From positions 1,855,959 through 1,919,958 of the forward strand of contig CAWDFP010000006.1 of the NCBI GenBank assembly GCA_963801605.1: a stretch of 64,000 bases of DNA, written 5' to 3'. Every line of letters begins with the position of its first letter. Positions within the stretch are counted from its first letter, which is position 1. The position numbers were made by a program, and so were the translations under genes. Shown here piece after piece: positions 1-10,338 of this stretch. This stretch comes from an uncultured candidate division Zixibacteria bacterium (GTDB lineage Bacteria; Zixibacteria; MSB-5A5; UBA10806). The notes beneath the pieces were generated by a model, which saw nothing but the letters and a program-made list of their open reading frames with translations, had not been told where the DNA came from and did not search any database.

Positions 1-2
1 TT

Positions 3-545
3 GCCACCGGCATCAAACGCATTTCGCCGGAATCGCTGGTATTTTCTTATCAGGGTGATGGCGACCTGGCATCGATTGGCATGGCCGAGACGATTCATGC
101 TGCCGCCCGTTCGGAGAATATCACGATCATCTTCATCAATAACGCTATCTACGGCATGACCGGCGGACAGATGGCCCCCACGACTCTTCTGGGAATGCAT
201 TCTACAACCTCGCCGCATGGCCGCACGATAGCTGCTAACGGTTACCCGATTAGAGTCTGCGAACTTCTGGCTGCGCTCGATGGTCCTGTATTTCTGGAAC
301 GCGTATCGGTCGATAAACCCGCCGCGGTGGTCAAAGCCAAACGAGCCATCAAGCGGGCTTTCCAATATCAGATCGAAAAGCGCGGTTTCACCATGGTCGA
401 GGTTGTCTCGCAGTGCCCCACCGATTGGGCCATGACACCGGCGCAAGCGATTGAGCGTGTCCGGAATGAGATGATTCCTTACTTCCCACTGGGCATTTAC
501 AAAGAACCGGCTGATGCTAAAGCCGCCAAAGAGGAGAAGGATTGA
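3..545 (+). CDS. 2-oxoacid:ferredoxin oxidoreductase beta subunit (TPP-binding), 5'-truncated by window edge
   Basis: Frame is open from position 3 (ATGIKRISPESLVFSYQGDGDLASIG). TPP motif GDGD...NNAIYGMTGGQMAPTT. Confidence 0.92.
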   Translation, partial: ATGIKRISPESLVFSYQGDGDLASIGMAETIHAAARSENITIIFINNAIYGMTGGQMAPTTLLGMHSTTSPHGRTIAANGYPIRVCELLAALDGPVFLERVSVDKPAAVVKAKRAIKRAFQYQIEKRGFTMVEVVSQCPTDWAMTPAQAIERVRNEMIPYFPLGIYKEPADAKAAKEEKD

Positions 546-546
546 C

Positions 547-1085
547 ATGTATCAGGGAATAATAATGGCGGGTTTTGGCGGTCAGGGAATCAGTTTCCGG
601 CGGAATCATGTTAGCTTATACCGGAATGATGGATGGCAAAAATGTCACTTTCTTTCCGGCCTATGGCGCTGAAATGCGCGGCGGAACAGCCAACTGCTCA
701 GTGATCATTTCGACCGATCCCGTGGCAGCGCCTGTTGTCGGCACGCCCGATGCGGTGCTGATTATGAATGAGCCATCGCTGGCGAAATTTGAACCGGCAT
801 GTCAGACCGGGTGGCACGATTTTCTTGAATACCTCGCTGGTTAATTCTCGTCCCAAGCGCACCGATGTCAAGGTGATCGAGATTAAGGCCAATGAGATCG
901 CCGAGGAGCTTGGCAGTATCAAATGCGCCAATATGGTAATGTTAGGCGCTTATGCCGCCAAATCCGGCGCGGTCAAGCTCGAAACCTTGAAGGCCAATAT
1001 CAAGAAGGTTTATCCGCGTGCCAAGGATGCGATGGTTGAAATGAATAAGAAGGCTATCGAAAAAGGCGCGGCGGCCATAGCGTAG
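547..1085 (+). CDS. 2-oxoacid:ferredoxin oxidoreductase gamma subunit (two frameshifts, probably sequencing errors)
   Basis: ATG at 547 gives MYQGIIMAGFGGQGI. Continues in ORF 575-844 (PAYGAEMRGGTANCSVIIS) and ORF 768-1085 (ANMVMLGA...MNKKAIEKG). Confidence 0.88.
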
Positions 1086-1106
1086 ATTAATCTGATTTAG
1101 TTTATT

Positions 1107-1137
1107 AAGGCGATATCGAAAGATGTCGCCTTTTTTA
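1107..1137 (+). terminator. Rho-independent terminator
   Basis: AAGGCGATATC-GAAA-GATGTCGCCTT hairpin followed by a T-run, just after the gamma-subunit stop. Confidence 0.8.
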
Positions 1138-1258
1138 TTTGATTGAGTGGATGACAGCCTCATCATGCCTTGTCATCACCTTTATTAATGTTGCTTTTTA
1201 TCCCCAATCCCTTATAATAATCTTTAGAATAAAAGCTCTCCTTTAACCGGAGAAAAAA

Positions 1259-3062
1259 ATGAATACTCTCAAATTGTTTTTGCTTTCCATGACTTTATTA
1301 ATAATGCTTTGTTTTTCCGCCGATGCCGATTACCACTACGCCTCCCATACCGGCTCCAATACCTACCCTTATACAAGCTGGGAGACGGCAGCGGATAGCA
1401 TTACCACGGCCATGAATGCCGCCTCTCCTTATGATACTATCTATATAGCCTGCCGGAGATTACAATGAGGTTATGAATATGGGGGCTGAAGATTCCTGCA
1501 TGACCTTTATAGGGGCTGGAATCGATTCCACCCGTTGCTATACAAGCATACTCTATGAGATCTGGAATGTGGCCAACCGGACACTGTAGCGGAGAATATC
1601 TGGTTTTCACAAACATTCCCCCGCTTTTGCCTCTCGGAGAGGACCTGGTTGGCATGAGCTGTATTGCCAGAAACTGTAAGTTTTCGGGAAGCATTGGAGT
1701 CTCTGGCGGCGGCGATTCGCTGGTGGTCGAAAACTGCCAATTTATCGACGAGGAAGGAGCGAGTCGATGCGACCTTCGGAGTCAGAAAGGTAGTATTTAG
1801 AAATAACTTATTTTAGGACAAATTTACAAGTTGTACGGCTTTATATATCCACTATTCGAAGGCGATTTATTGAAAATAATATCTTTGAAAACACCTCTAT
1901 TGATCCTTATGGGGAAATCTTTGGCGAATCCACTCCTGCCGATACTCTAATATTGAAAAACAATTATATCGATAATTTCTGGGATGTCCCTATATTTATG
2001 AGATTCTCTATGCGGAGGTGGCAAACAATACCGCCAGGAGATTTGAGCGGGCCAATTGGCTGCCCTCTTCAGCTTTTAAGGTAGCTTTCGGCAGGCCGGG
2101 AAGTAATGTAAATTTTCGATAACAACTCCATAAGCGAAGCCAATATCGGCATCAAAACGATACTAGATACCATTCCGGAAAATTTAAGTATAAATTATAC
2201 CGCCTTTTGGAATAATATCGGGGGCAATTTAAATATCAGAAGATGGGACTTTGTAGATACAACTGGCAATTTCGATGCCTATCCCATGTATGCAAATCCT
2301 GATTCCTTCGATGTTCATCTCCAGGCTTACTCCCCCTTAATTGATGCTGGAGACCCCAATATTCTGGATGTAGACGGAACCCGCTCTGATATCGGATGCT
2401 ACGGCGGCCCCGGTGGCTGCAGTTATATTTATCTGGATTTGGCACCCCAAATACCGGATTCTATCTCAGGCAGGGTAGATTCGAGCAATATCATTTCTCT
2501 TACCTGGCGACGAAACTATGAGGCTGATTTTAATAGATATCAGGTCTTCAGAGATACCTTTCCCGGCTTCTCTCCGTCAGTCTTTAATATGGTGGCAGAA
2601 CCTGATACTTGCTTGTATCAGGATAGCCTGATTAATCCGGGCACATCTTATTACTACCGGCTAACGTCTGTAGATAACCAAAATAATATCTCCGATTACT
2701 CGGATGAGGTGGCAGTCAGGCCGGTATCCATAAGGGGCTTTGACACGGGAGAGAATCTTCCCAAATACAGCGTTATTACGTCCGCTTATCCTAATCCTTT
2801 CAATAATCAGATTACGATTGTATATTGCGCCTCGAACCTTGGTCCTCAGCCACCCGAAGTTAAACTATATATTTATGATATCCAGGGCAGAGTTGTTAGA
2901 ACCTTGGTGGATGAGCATAAGCCGGTCGGCACCTATCGCGTGGTTTGGGACGGTAAAGACGATAGGGGAGAACCTGTAGCCAGTGGGAGCTATCTTGCCA
3001 GGGTATCCCAATGGGGCATGAGCGGCGGAGATTTCCCGATCAAGATAACGCTGGTGAAATAA
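1259..3062 (+). CDS. Secreted beta-helix (pectin-lyase-like) protein with FN3-like domain and T9SS-like/FlgD Ig C-terminal domain; several frameshifts
   Basis: Signal peptide and YPYTSWETAADSI..AMNAA..YDTIYI at the N-terminus (1259-1468), N-rich fragments in between, HLQAYSPLIDAGDP..DGTRSDIGCYGG, then an FN3-like segment and AYPNPFN...IYDIQGRVVRTL...WDGKD...SGSY tail (2286-3062). Confidence 0.72.
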
Positions 3063-3084
3063 ATAGAATAAGGCGGCAGACGGG

Positions 3085-3118
3085 GCATCAGGATGTCGGA
3101 AACCTTCCATCCTGATGC
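3085..3118. terminator. Inverted repeat between convergent genes (possible terminator)
   Basis: GCATCAGGATG-12 nt-CATCCTGATGC, a perfect 11-bp stem between stops at 3062 (+) and 3132 (-). No clear U-tail. Confidence 0.5.
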
Positions 3119-3131
3119 ATACGGAATAGTT

Positions 3132-4166
3132 TTAAATACTGGTTTTCCGGCGTGCTTTATAAAAAAGCAAGATATGCAAACTCACCAAAAGCATGCCCAC
3201 GTCCTCGATTATCCTGAGTATCAAATCTGATTTGACTGCCGCCGCGGTGGAGAAACATCCGCAGGAGATATTGATACCACGTGAGGCGGTAATAGCTAAC
3301 ATCCCGATATACATAATAAGCATCCCGCCGATAACGAGATCCGATCCGCGCACTCTATAGCCGATTATGAGCAAAGCGCCGGCCAGAAATTCAATCCACG
3401 GTAAAATAACCGCGGGGATATTTATTAGTGACGGTCCCACCAAGCGGTAATTGTGAATAATCTGGGCAAAGGGGACAGGATTGAAAATCTTATCGTAACT
3501 GGCAAAGATAAACAGCCCGCCCAGGATCAGGCGAGAGATAAATACTATTTTCGATTCCCTAATCGAGCCTTTACGCGCCAAAGCAAATACCAGCACGAAT
3601 AAAATATAAGCCGCCAATAATACTGGTATAATAATTCCTATCAAATCGCTTGAATTCTTTGGAGCCTCGGATGTCTCAATCGGCATACCGGCATCTCTCC
3701 ACTTTTCCCAGCCGCCAAAAAATGTATATACTTTTGGATATCCGTTTTCTTTGAGTTGGCGAGCCAGGAAAAGAGATAGCTCACAATCGAGGCCTCCGCA
3801 ATAAGCCACCATCTCCTTTTGCGGGTCAAGTGTCGGTTTTATGGAATCCCAATAACTATCCCATTCCTCGAATGGAAAATTAATGGCGTCCTTTATATGA
3901 CCATCGTCATAATCAACCGGCTCTCTGGCATCGAGAAAAATAGCCTTGTTTTTCGTATAAAGGTTATAGGCGTCGCTTAACGAAAGGAGTGAATCGCCGG
4001 GCTGGTACGATGGCGGAATTTCGATGACTCCGCTGATTTTCCTATTGTCGGTCCACTTGGTGTTTAAGGCCAATCCGCCGCCTGAGGTATTTCGCACAAA
4101 ATTGATAACGAGTCCCAGGGCGGACGCAACCAAAACGATGATAATGCCGTCTCTTATTGCTTTCAT
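3132..4166 (-). CDS. Rhodanese domain fused to MauE/DoxX-type membrane domain
   Basis: FLDARE..DYDDGHIKDAINFP and YCGGLDCELS (rhodanese). C-terminal four-TM region with PWIEFLAG and RGINISCGCF (MauE-like). Confidence 0.82.
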   Translation of the reverse strand: MKAIRDGIIIVLVASALGLVINFVRNTSGGGLALNTKWTDNRKISGVIEIPPSYQPGDSLLSLSDAYNLYTKNKAIFLDAREPVDYDDGHIKDAINFPFEEWDSYWDSIKPTLDPQKEMVAYCGGLDCELSLFLARQLKENGYPKVYTFFGGWEKWRDAGMPIETSEAPKNSSDLIGIIIPVLLAAYILFVLVFALARKGSIRESKIVFISRLILGGLFIFASYDKIFNPVPFAQIIHNYRLVGPSLINIPAVILPWIEFLAGALLIIGYRVRGSDLVIGGMLIMYIGMLAITASRGINISCGCFSTAAAVKSDLILRIIEDVGMLLVSLHILLFYKARRKTSI

Positions 4167-4298
4167 AAAAATAAGATATTTTGGGACGGTTAAAAGTCAA
4201 GCAAAACCGATGATACACCTCGTTATTGTAAAAGGAATTAAGAAGAATTCGATTGACTTTTCACACTCAAATACTAAATTTTGCTACTTAGAGAAGAT

Positions 4299-4805
4299 AT
4301 GCTTTACAAGCAGGTGCTGGTTCTAAACCAGAATTTCGAGCCGGTTTCCGTTTGTAGCGTAAAGCGCGCCGTGATAATGCTTTATCTCGGCAAGGCGGAA
4401 ATCATTGAAACAGCGGATGGCCATGTGCTACGTTCCCGTTTCTCCCAGATTCCTGTTCCCTCGGTTATCAAGCTTGAGTTTTACGTCAAGGTACCCGTTA
4501 AGCGGATCATGCTTACCCGCAAAAACATCATTAAGCGTGATGGCGGCAGATGTCAATATTGCGGCAAAAAGAAAGCACAGATGACTGTCGATCATGTCGT
4601 CCCCAAAATCTATGGCGGCGCCGATACCTGGGAAAATCTGGTTTGCGCCTGTCTGGAATGCAATAATAAAAAGGGATACCATACACCGGAGCAAATCGGT
4701 CTCAAACTCACCCGCAGGCCGCGTCGCCCGAATCATATCACTTTTATCCAGCAGTTCATCGGTGTTAGCGATCATCGTTGGCGTCAATATCTTTTCATGG
4801 ATTAA
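4299..4805 (+). CDS. HNH endonuclease family protein
   Basis: VLVLNQNFEP N-terminus; RDGGRCQYCG...TVDHVVP...GGADTWENLVCACLECNNKKG. ATG at 4299 preferred to TTG at 4281. Confidence 0.9.
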   Translation: MLYKQVLVLNQNFEPVSVCSVKRAVIMLYLGKAEIIETADGHVLRSRFSQIPVPSVIKLEFYVKVPVKRIMLTRKNIIKRDGGRCQYCGKKKAQMTVDHVVPKIYGGADTWENLVCACLECNNKKGYHTPEQIGLKLTRRPRRPNHITFIQQFIGVSDHRWRQYLFMD

Positions 4806-4929
4806 CAGCGGCAGGGTAGAAGCAACTACAACCTCAACCTCGTCGCTTAGCAAATAAAGATTTAGAAATTTGTGGAGCCTTAAAATAGGCTCTTAAACAA
4901 AACGGTCAGATAAGATCGACAATGGAGGC

Positions 4930-5919
4930 TTGTTGAATTCGAAACCTGTAATACTTTCCGGCATGCAGCCTACCGGGCAGCTTCATCTAGGTAATTACGA
5001 AGGAGCCTTGAAAAACTGGGTTTCGCTTCAGGATAAATACCAGATGTATCTTTGCGTCGTCGACTGGCATGCTCTGACATCGGATTTCAATGATACTGCC
5101 CCGATGCAGGATAGGATATTTCAAACTGCAGTGGACTATCTGGCAGCCGGGCTTGATCCGGAAAAGTGTGCAATTTTTGTGCAATCGGATGTTAAGGAAC
5201 ATGCGGAGTTGCATCTGCTATTATCGATGATTACCCCGACTCCCTGGCTGGAGCGGGTGCCATCATATAAAGAAAAAGTTGAATCGCTGAGGCTGGATAG
5301 TTATGGCTTTCTGGGATATCCTTTATTGATGGCCGCTGATATCCTCCTTTATAAAGCTAACGCTGTTCCGGTTGGGAAAGACCAGTTGCCTCATATCGAG
5401 CTGACGAGAGAAGTGCTGCGTCGATTTAATTCTCTTTATGGTCCACTATTCCCGGAGCCGGAAGGGCTTATGGCGGAGTTTCCGGTTATTCCCGGAATCG
5501 ACGGCCGCAAGATGAGCAAATCGTATGGAAACGATATTCGTTTGGCGGATTCCGATGAGGATACGATCAAAAAAGTCAAAAAAATGCTTACCGATCCCCA
5601 GAAAATTCGCCGAGGCGACCCTGGCAGGCCCGATATTTGTCCAGTATTTTCGCTGCACAAAGTTTACAATCCGGATTATAAAGATATCGAGAGCGGGTGT
5701 ATGTCGGGTGCTCTGGGCTGCGTAGACTGCAAAATGAAACTTGCCGGATTCCTTAACGAAAGCCTGAGACCCCTCAGGGAGCGAAGAAAAGAGCTTGTAA
5801 ATAATAAAAAGTATGTTATAAATATACTGGACGGGGGCGCCGAGCGGGCCAGGCAAAGGGCCGCTAATACTATGAATGATGTCAGGGAGGCTATGCATTT
5901 GAAGAGGTTAGATGTCTGA
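4930..5919 (+). CDS. trpS: Tryptophan--tRNA ligase
   Basis: SGMQPTGQLHLGNY (HIGH-like), YPLLMAADIL, VPVGKDQLPH, KMSKS. GGAGG RBS before TTG start. Confidence 0.97.
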   Translation: MLNSKPVILSGMQPTGQLHLGNYEGALKNWVSLQDKYQMYLCVVDWHALTSDFNDTAPMQDRIFQTAVDYLAAGLDPEKCAIFVQSDVKEHAELHLLLSMITPTPWLERVPSYKEKVESLRLDSYGFLGYPLLMAADILLYKANAVPVGKDQLPHIELTREVLRRFNSLYGPLFPEPEGLMAEFPVIPGIDGRKMSKSYGNDIRLADSDEDTIKKVKKMLTDPQKIRRGDPGRPDICPVFSLHKVYNPDYKDIESGCMSGALGCVDCKMKLAGFLNESLRPLRERRKELVNNKKYVINILDGGAERARQRAANTMNDVREAMHLKRLDV

Positions 5920-6673
5920 AACGCTGACATTTCCCGCCGCTGACCTGGTGTTTGAGCTTGAGGCGTTCGATGGTCCTCTCGATTTACTTCTTTACCTGAT
6001 TCGAAAAGAAGAAGTCGATATATACGATATTCCGATTGCCGAGATTACTAAGCAATATCTGAGTTATTTAGAAGCCTGCCGCGAATTGAATTTGGAGGTC
6101 GCCGGAGAATTCCTCTATATGGCGGCTATGCTCATTCGAATCAAGGCGCAAATGCTTATGCCGCGGCCCGAATCCGAAGAGGAGCTCGATGATCCCCGTT
6201 CCGAACTGGTTAACGCTCTTCTTGAATACAAGCGTATCAAGCAGGCCTCGGCGATGCTGGATGAAATGGCGCAGGAGCAGATGCGGCGCTATCCTCGGCT
6301 GGATTCTCCCGTAGCCGATCTCCCCAAACCTGAACCTGAACTTGTGAGAGTCGATATTGCCAGCCTGATGATCGCATTTGGTGATCTGCTTAGACGGGCG
6401 CCGCGGGAAACGCAGTATGAAATCAGGCCCTTGGAAATTACAATCGATATGCGCAAAGATCATATCATGGCGCTGCTCGAAACTAAGAGCTCATTTGAAT
6501 TTGAGGAGTTGTTTCTGGATGATCCCCGGAAAATTGTGTTGGTAGTCACATTCATGGCGATCCTGGAACTTATTAAATCGGGAATATTAAGAGTTGAACA
6601 GGCGACTTGTTATTCTCCTATCAGGCTTTTTAGGGGAGAGCTTGAGGCCGTCATACCAACGGAGAGCAATTGA
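5912..6673 (+). CDS. scpA: Segregation and condensation protein A
   Basis: FDGPLDLLLYLIRKEEVDIYDIPIAEIT, DPRSELV..LLEYK, VVTFMAILELIK. Confidence 0.95.
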   Translation: MSETLTFPAADLVFELEAFDGPLDLLLYLIRKEEVDIYDIPIAEITKQYLSYLEACRELNLEVAGEFLYMAAMLIRIKAQMLMPRPESEEELDDPRSELVNALLEYKRIKQASAMLDEMAQEQMRRYPRLDSPVADLPKPEPELVRVDIASLMIAFGDLLRRAPRETQYEIRPLEITIDMRKDHIMALLETKSSFEFEELFLDDPRKIVLVVTFMAILELIKSGILRVEQATCYSPIRLFRGELEAVIPTESN

Positions 6674-8286
6674 AACTTCTAACTCTTATAATTGCGCTGT
6701 GTATTTATCCGCTTAGCCAGAGTCTGGCATGTAATACTACTGATATACTCGAAAGGTGGAAAGCTGGCGGAGCACCAGCATTACAGCCGTCAGTTGGCAG
6801 ACCGTACACCCAGGTGAATTGGATCACTCCCGATCACAGATTTCATATTCATTACGATACTACCGGCGATAATGCGGTATATAATCATCAAGAGGATATC
6901 AATCCAATGGATGGTGTCCCGGATTATGTCAATCGAACCGCGGATTATCTGGCCATGAGTTATGACACCCTGGTGACACTACTCGGATTTGATCCTCCGC
7001 CATTTGACGGCGGCGAAGGTGGCGATTCTCTATATGATATTTATTTGACTAACGATCTGGGATCGACAACTCCGGAGACTCCGTCTACTCAATACCCCGG
7101 GAGACCGGCCTTCTCATCATATATACAACTCGGGCACGATTTAAGATATCCGGCGCGCTACGGCAATGATCCGTATCCATTTTTAAAAATCTCGGTAGCT
7201 CACGAGTATTTCCATGCCATCGAATTTGCCTACCGGGCTATGTCATCTGATTCGACATTCTGGTGGTTTGAGTCCTGCGCCAAGTGGGCGGAAGAGCGCG
7301 TCTTCGATAATATCAATGATGCGTACTATAGCATTGGCGATTACTTCTCCAGGCCTAACAGGTCTCTTTACAATACCGAAGGCGCATTTTTGTATGGCAC
7401 CTGGCTATGGCCGGAATATCTCGATGAGCGATTTGGCTCGGGTTTTATCATTCACTGCTGGCAGGAATTTGCCAATTTTAATTTTGCCATTACAGCCATT
7501 AATTATGCTCTTCATGACGAAAATTCAACGATTAACGATGAGTACTGCCAGCATGTCGTTTGGAATTACTTTACGGGAAGCAACTATCGCGAGGGTTTCT
7601 ATAATGAAGGCGGCGATTTCGATACTACTGTTTATCTGGCGCGGTCACATACCAGCTATCCGGTAGATTGGACGTTCGCGCCGGTTCCGCTCCAGAATAT
7701 GTCAGCATCTTACATTGTTTTTAAACGCTATGACGATCTTAAGTCAAACTTGATTATCGAATATCGCAATAATACTGAGGATAACCAGGCGGTGTGTATA
7801 GCCGTTGTTAAGCCCGGTTTTCCGGTTCAATTTAACTTATATTATATTCAAACGATCGTACCTCAATCCTTTACTATCCGCGATTTCAGTAGGAATGATA
7901 AAGTGGTCATGATGCCGATCTGGACTTATGAAAGTAATCCCAAGGAATATTTATCGACTTATTTTTATCGGGCCTTTTTGCGAGATTCGATAACTGCAAT
8001 TTCAGAAAACGATAAGCCAATTCAGGATTATGCTCTCGATGGCGCTTATCCCAATCCCTTCAACGGTGCGGTTACTATTACATTCGACGCCCCCGTTTCG
8101 AAGCCGTATACAATTCACATTTACGATATCCTCGGGCGGCCTGTCATGTCGCGCGACGACGTTTCCCGCGAGGGAATTAACACCTTCAACTGGCTGGCGC
8201 CTGCCGATCTTTCAAGCGGGGTTCTTTTCTATGTGATCGATTTCGGTCAGAAAAGGCTTGACGGTAAAATGTCGCTATTAAAATAG
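6670..8286 (+). CDS. Secreted putative zinc metalloprotease (HEXXH; resembles the MXAN_6640 family) with T9SS-like C-terminal domain
   Basis: Signal peptide; FHIHYDTTGDNAV, DGVPDYV, YDIYL, AHEYFHAIE, WWFESCAKWAEE; C-terminal AYPNPFNG...IYDILGR...SSGVLFY. Confidence 0.78.
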   Translation: MKLLTLIIALCIYPLSQSLACNTTDILERWKAGGAPALQPSVGRPYTQVNWITPDHRFHIHYDTTGDNAVYNHQEDINPMDGVPDYVNRTADYLAMSYDTLVTLLGFDPPPFDGGEGGDSLYDIYLTNDLGSTTPETPSTQYPGRPAFSSYIQLGHDLRYPARYGNDPYPFLKISVAHEYFHAIEFAYRAMSSDSTFWWFESCAKWAEERVFDNINDAYYSIGDYFSRPNRSLYNTEGAFLYGTWLWPEYLDERFGSGFIIHCWQEFANFNFAITAINYALHDENSTINDEYCQHVVWNYFTGSNYREGFYNEGGDFDTTVYLARSHTSYPVDWTFAPVPLQNMSASYIVFKRYDDLKSNLIIEYRNNTEDNQAVCIAVVKPGFPVQFNLYYIQTIVPQSFTIRDFSRNDKVVMMPIWTYESNPKEYLSTYFYRAFLRDSITAISENDKPIQDYALDGAYPNPFNGAVTITFDAPVSKPYTIHIYDILGRPVMSRDDVSREGINTFNWLAPADLSSGVLFYVIDFGQKRLDGKMSLLK

Positions 8287-8295
8287 GAGAATTCT

Positions 8296-8940
8296 TTGGA
8301 CGGCGAATTCGAAAATTCCATAGATATCGAAGCTACTAATCTGCGAGTACCGGAATATTCCGAACAAATAACAGATACGGCGGTTGAGGCCTTGCTGTTC
8401 GCATCACCGAACCCTCTTACCGAAAATCAACTGGCGCGCCTGATTGGAAAAGACAAGCGCCATATTCCTTTAATTGTCGACAGGCTGAACGTCAGCTATA
8501 TCCAGTGGGGAAGATCATTTCGAATCGAAAGATTCGGAGATAGCTATAGAATTTATACTCTTCCCGAATATGATAAGTATATCAGCCGCCTGGCAGATAT
8601 GCCTCGTCCGGCCAAGCTATCGCGGGCCGCGCTTGAGGTACTGGCCATAGTAGCCTACAGGCAGCCAATCGTTAAATCCGAAATCGAAAAGATCCGCGGA
8701 ATTGATTCTGACGGCGTTATCAGGACGCTTCTGGAGCGCGGCTTCCTTACGATTGCCGGTAAATCTGATGCTCTCGGACGACCGCTCCTTTATAAAACTA
8801 CTCAGGATTTCTTGGAATTTTTTGGGATCTCCGATCTTTCGGAACTTCCCGAGGTGACTGTTCCCGAAATTGAGCTGCCTCGAAATCTTACCCTCATAAG
8901 ACCCCCGGAGGAGTCGGTTAGCGCCGATGAGGCTGAATAA
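8296..8940 (+). CDS. scpB: Segregation and condensation protein B
   Basis: EALLFAS, LSRAALEVLAIVAYRQPIVKSEIEKIRG, GRPLLYKTTQDFLEFFGI. Confidence 0.95.
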   Translation: MDGEFENSIDIEATNLRVPEYSEQITDTAVEALLFASPNPLTENQLARLIGKDKRHIPLIVDRLNVSYIQWGRSFRIERFGDSYRIYTLPEYDKYISRLADMPRPAKLSRAALEVLAIVAYRQPIVKSEIEKIRGIDSDGVIRTLLERGFLTIAGKSDALGRPLLYKTTQDFLEFFGISDLSELPEVTVPEIELPRNLTLIRPPEESVSADEAE

Positions 8941-9643
8941 GTTTCTCGCTAAAGCAGGCATAGCTTCTCGTAGACAGGCGGATACCCTTATTGAAGAGGG
9001 ACGCGTTTCCGTCAATGGTATTATTATTACTCAATTGGGTACGCAGGTCGATGAGAACCAGGATGAAGTAAAGGTCGACGGCAAGCTTGCTCAGGTTTCC
9101 GAAACCTATATATATTTAATGCTTCACAAACCGGTCGGTTACATGGTAACCCGTGTTGACGAGTTTGACAGGGCCACTGTGATGGAGTTAGTCGGTAAAT
9201 ATCGAAAAATTGTAAAACCCGTTGGCAGGCTGGATCTCAACTCCTCGGGGCTGTTGCTGTTCACCAATGATGGCGAGTTAGCTTTTCGTTTGACTCATCC
9301 GCGCTTTAAAATCGATAAAACCTATCAGGTAAAATGCGAGGGGCTTCTCACGGAAGAAGAAGTCGATCGGATTGAAAAGGGTGTTATGATTGAAGGCGGT
9401 ATAACTTCGCCGGCGAAAATAAAGGTCATTTCTCGTTCTCCAAATTCCAGTCGCTTTTTGATAACAATTCACGAGGGCAGAAAGCGTCAGGTCAGGCTTA
9501 TGTGCCAGGCGGTCAAACATGAGGTAATTTTTCTGAAGCGCATTACATTTGGTAATCTTGAGTTGGGTGATCTTAAATCCGGAAAATATAGATTATTGGA
9601 GACGGCCGAAGTGCAAGCGCTAAAAGCGACGGTTAATTTGTGA
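8927..9643 (+). CDS. rluB: rRNA pseudouridine synthase (RluB/RsuA family)
   Basis: S4 domain MRLNKFLAKAGIASRR; VGRLDLNSSGLLLFTNDG; EGRKRQVR; located after scpB. Confidence 0.88.
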   Translation: MRLNKFLAKAGIASRRQADTLIEEGRVSVNGIIITQLGTQVDENQDEVKVDGKLAQVSETYIYLMLHKPVGYMVTRVDEFDRATVMELVGKYRKIVKPVGRLDLNSSGLLLFTNDGELAFRLTHPRFKIDKTYQVKCEGLLTEEEVDRIEKGVMIEGGITSPAKIKVISRSPNSSRFLITIHEGRKRQVRLMCQAVKHEVIFLKRITFGNLELGDLKSGKYRLLETAEVQALKATVNL

Positions 9644-10338
9644 AAAAGTCCAAGGTGATCGCAATCGATGGCCCGGCCGGTTCTGGAAAGAGTACCACGG
9701 CCAAACTCCTCGCCGATAAACTGGGATTTACTTATCTCGATACCGGAGCCATGTATCGTTGCGTTACGCTGGCGGCCCTAAATCAAAACTTCGATCTTAA
9801 CGACGGCGAAAGCTTGGGCCGTTTAGCCGGTACCCTTGATATCAATCTTGTTCCGGACAAGGAGAGTGGTAATCGGGTTTTTATGAATGAAGAGGATGTC
9901 ACCTCCGCCATAAGGACTCCACTTGTGGATTCCAATGTATCGCTGGTATCCTCATATAAAGTTGTCCGTGAGAAAATGGTAGCAATTCAGAGGAAGTTTG
10001 CTGCCAGGGGAGATATTGTAGCCGAGGGACGCGACATGGCCACTGTCGTCTTTCCCTATGCCGATCTGAAAATATTTCTAATTGCCGATTTACGCACCAG
10101 GGCGGAAAGGCGCTGCCATCAGGTTGAGTGCATGGGTCTAAGGAGTACTGTCGATGAACAGATGGCATCCTTATCCTCACGGGATAAACTCGATAGCGGA
10201 AGAGCTATTTCGCCCTTAAGAAAAGACCCTGATGCCATCGAACTTGACACCTCAGGTCTGACCATAGAAGAACAAGTTGATAAAGCCTATCACCTTGCTA
10301 TTGAACGCTTTAGTTTAAACAATGAAACCATTATATAA
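9640..10338 (+). CDS. cmk: Cytidylate kinase
   Basis: IAIDGPAGSGKST, YLDTGAMYR, VAEGRDMATVVFP. Confidence 0.96.
   Translation: MKKSKVIAIDGPAGSGKSTTAKLLADKLGFTYLDTGAMYRCVTLAALNQNFDLNDGESLGRLAGTLDINLVPDKESGNRVFMNEEDVTSAIRTPLVDSNVSLVSSYKVVREKMVAIQRKFAARGDIVAEGRDMATVVFPYADLKIFLIADLRTRAERRCHQVECMGLRSTVDEQMASLSSRDKLDSGRAISPLRKDPDAIELDTSGLTIEEQVDKAYHLAIERFSLNNETII

Noticed and set aside
4299..4805. HNH gene as a mobile or defence element
   Set aside because: It matches the widespread stand-alone VLVLN-type HNH family, with no methylase, intron or repeats nearby.
4806..4929. T-box leader before trpS
   Set aside because: Too short and lacks the T-box consensus.
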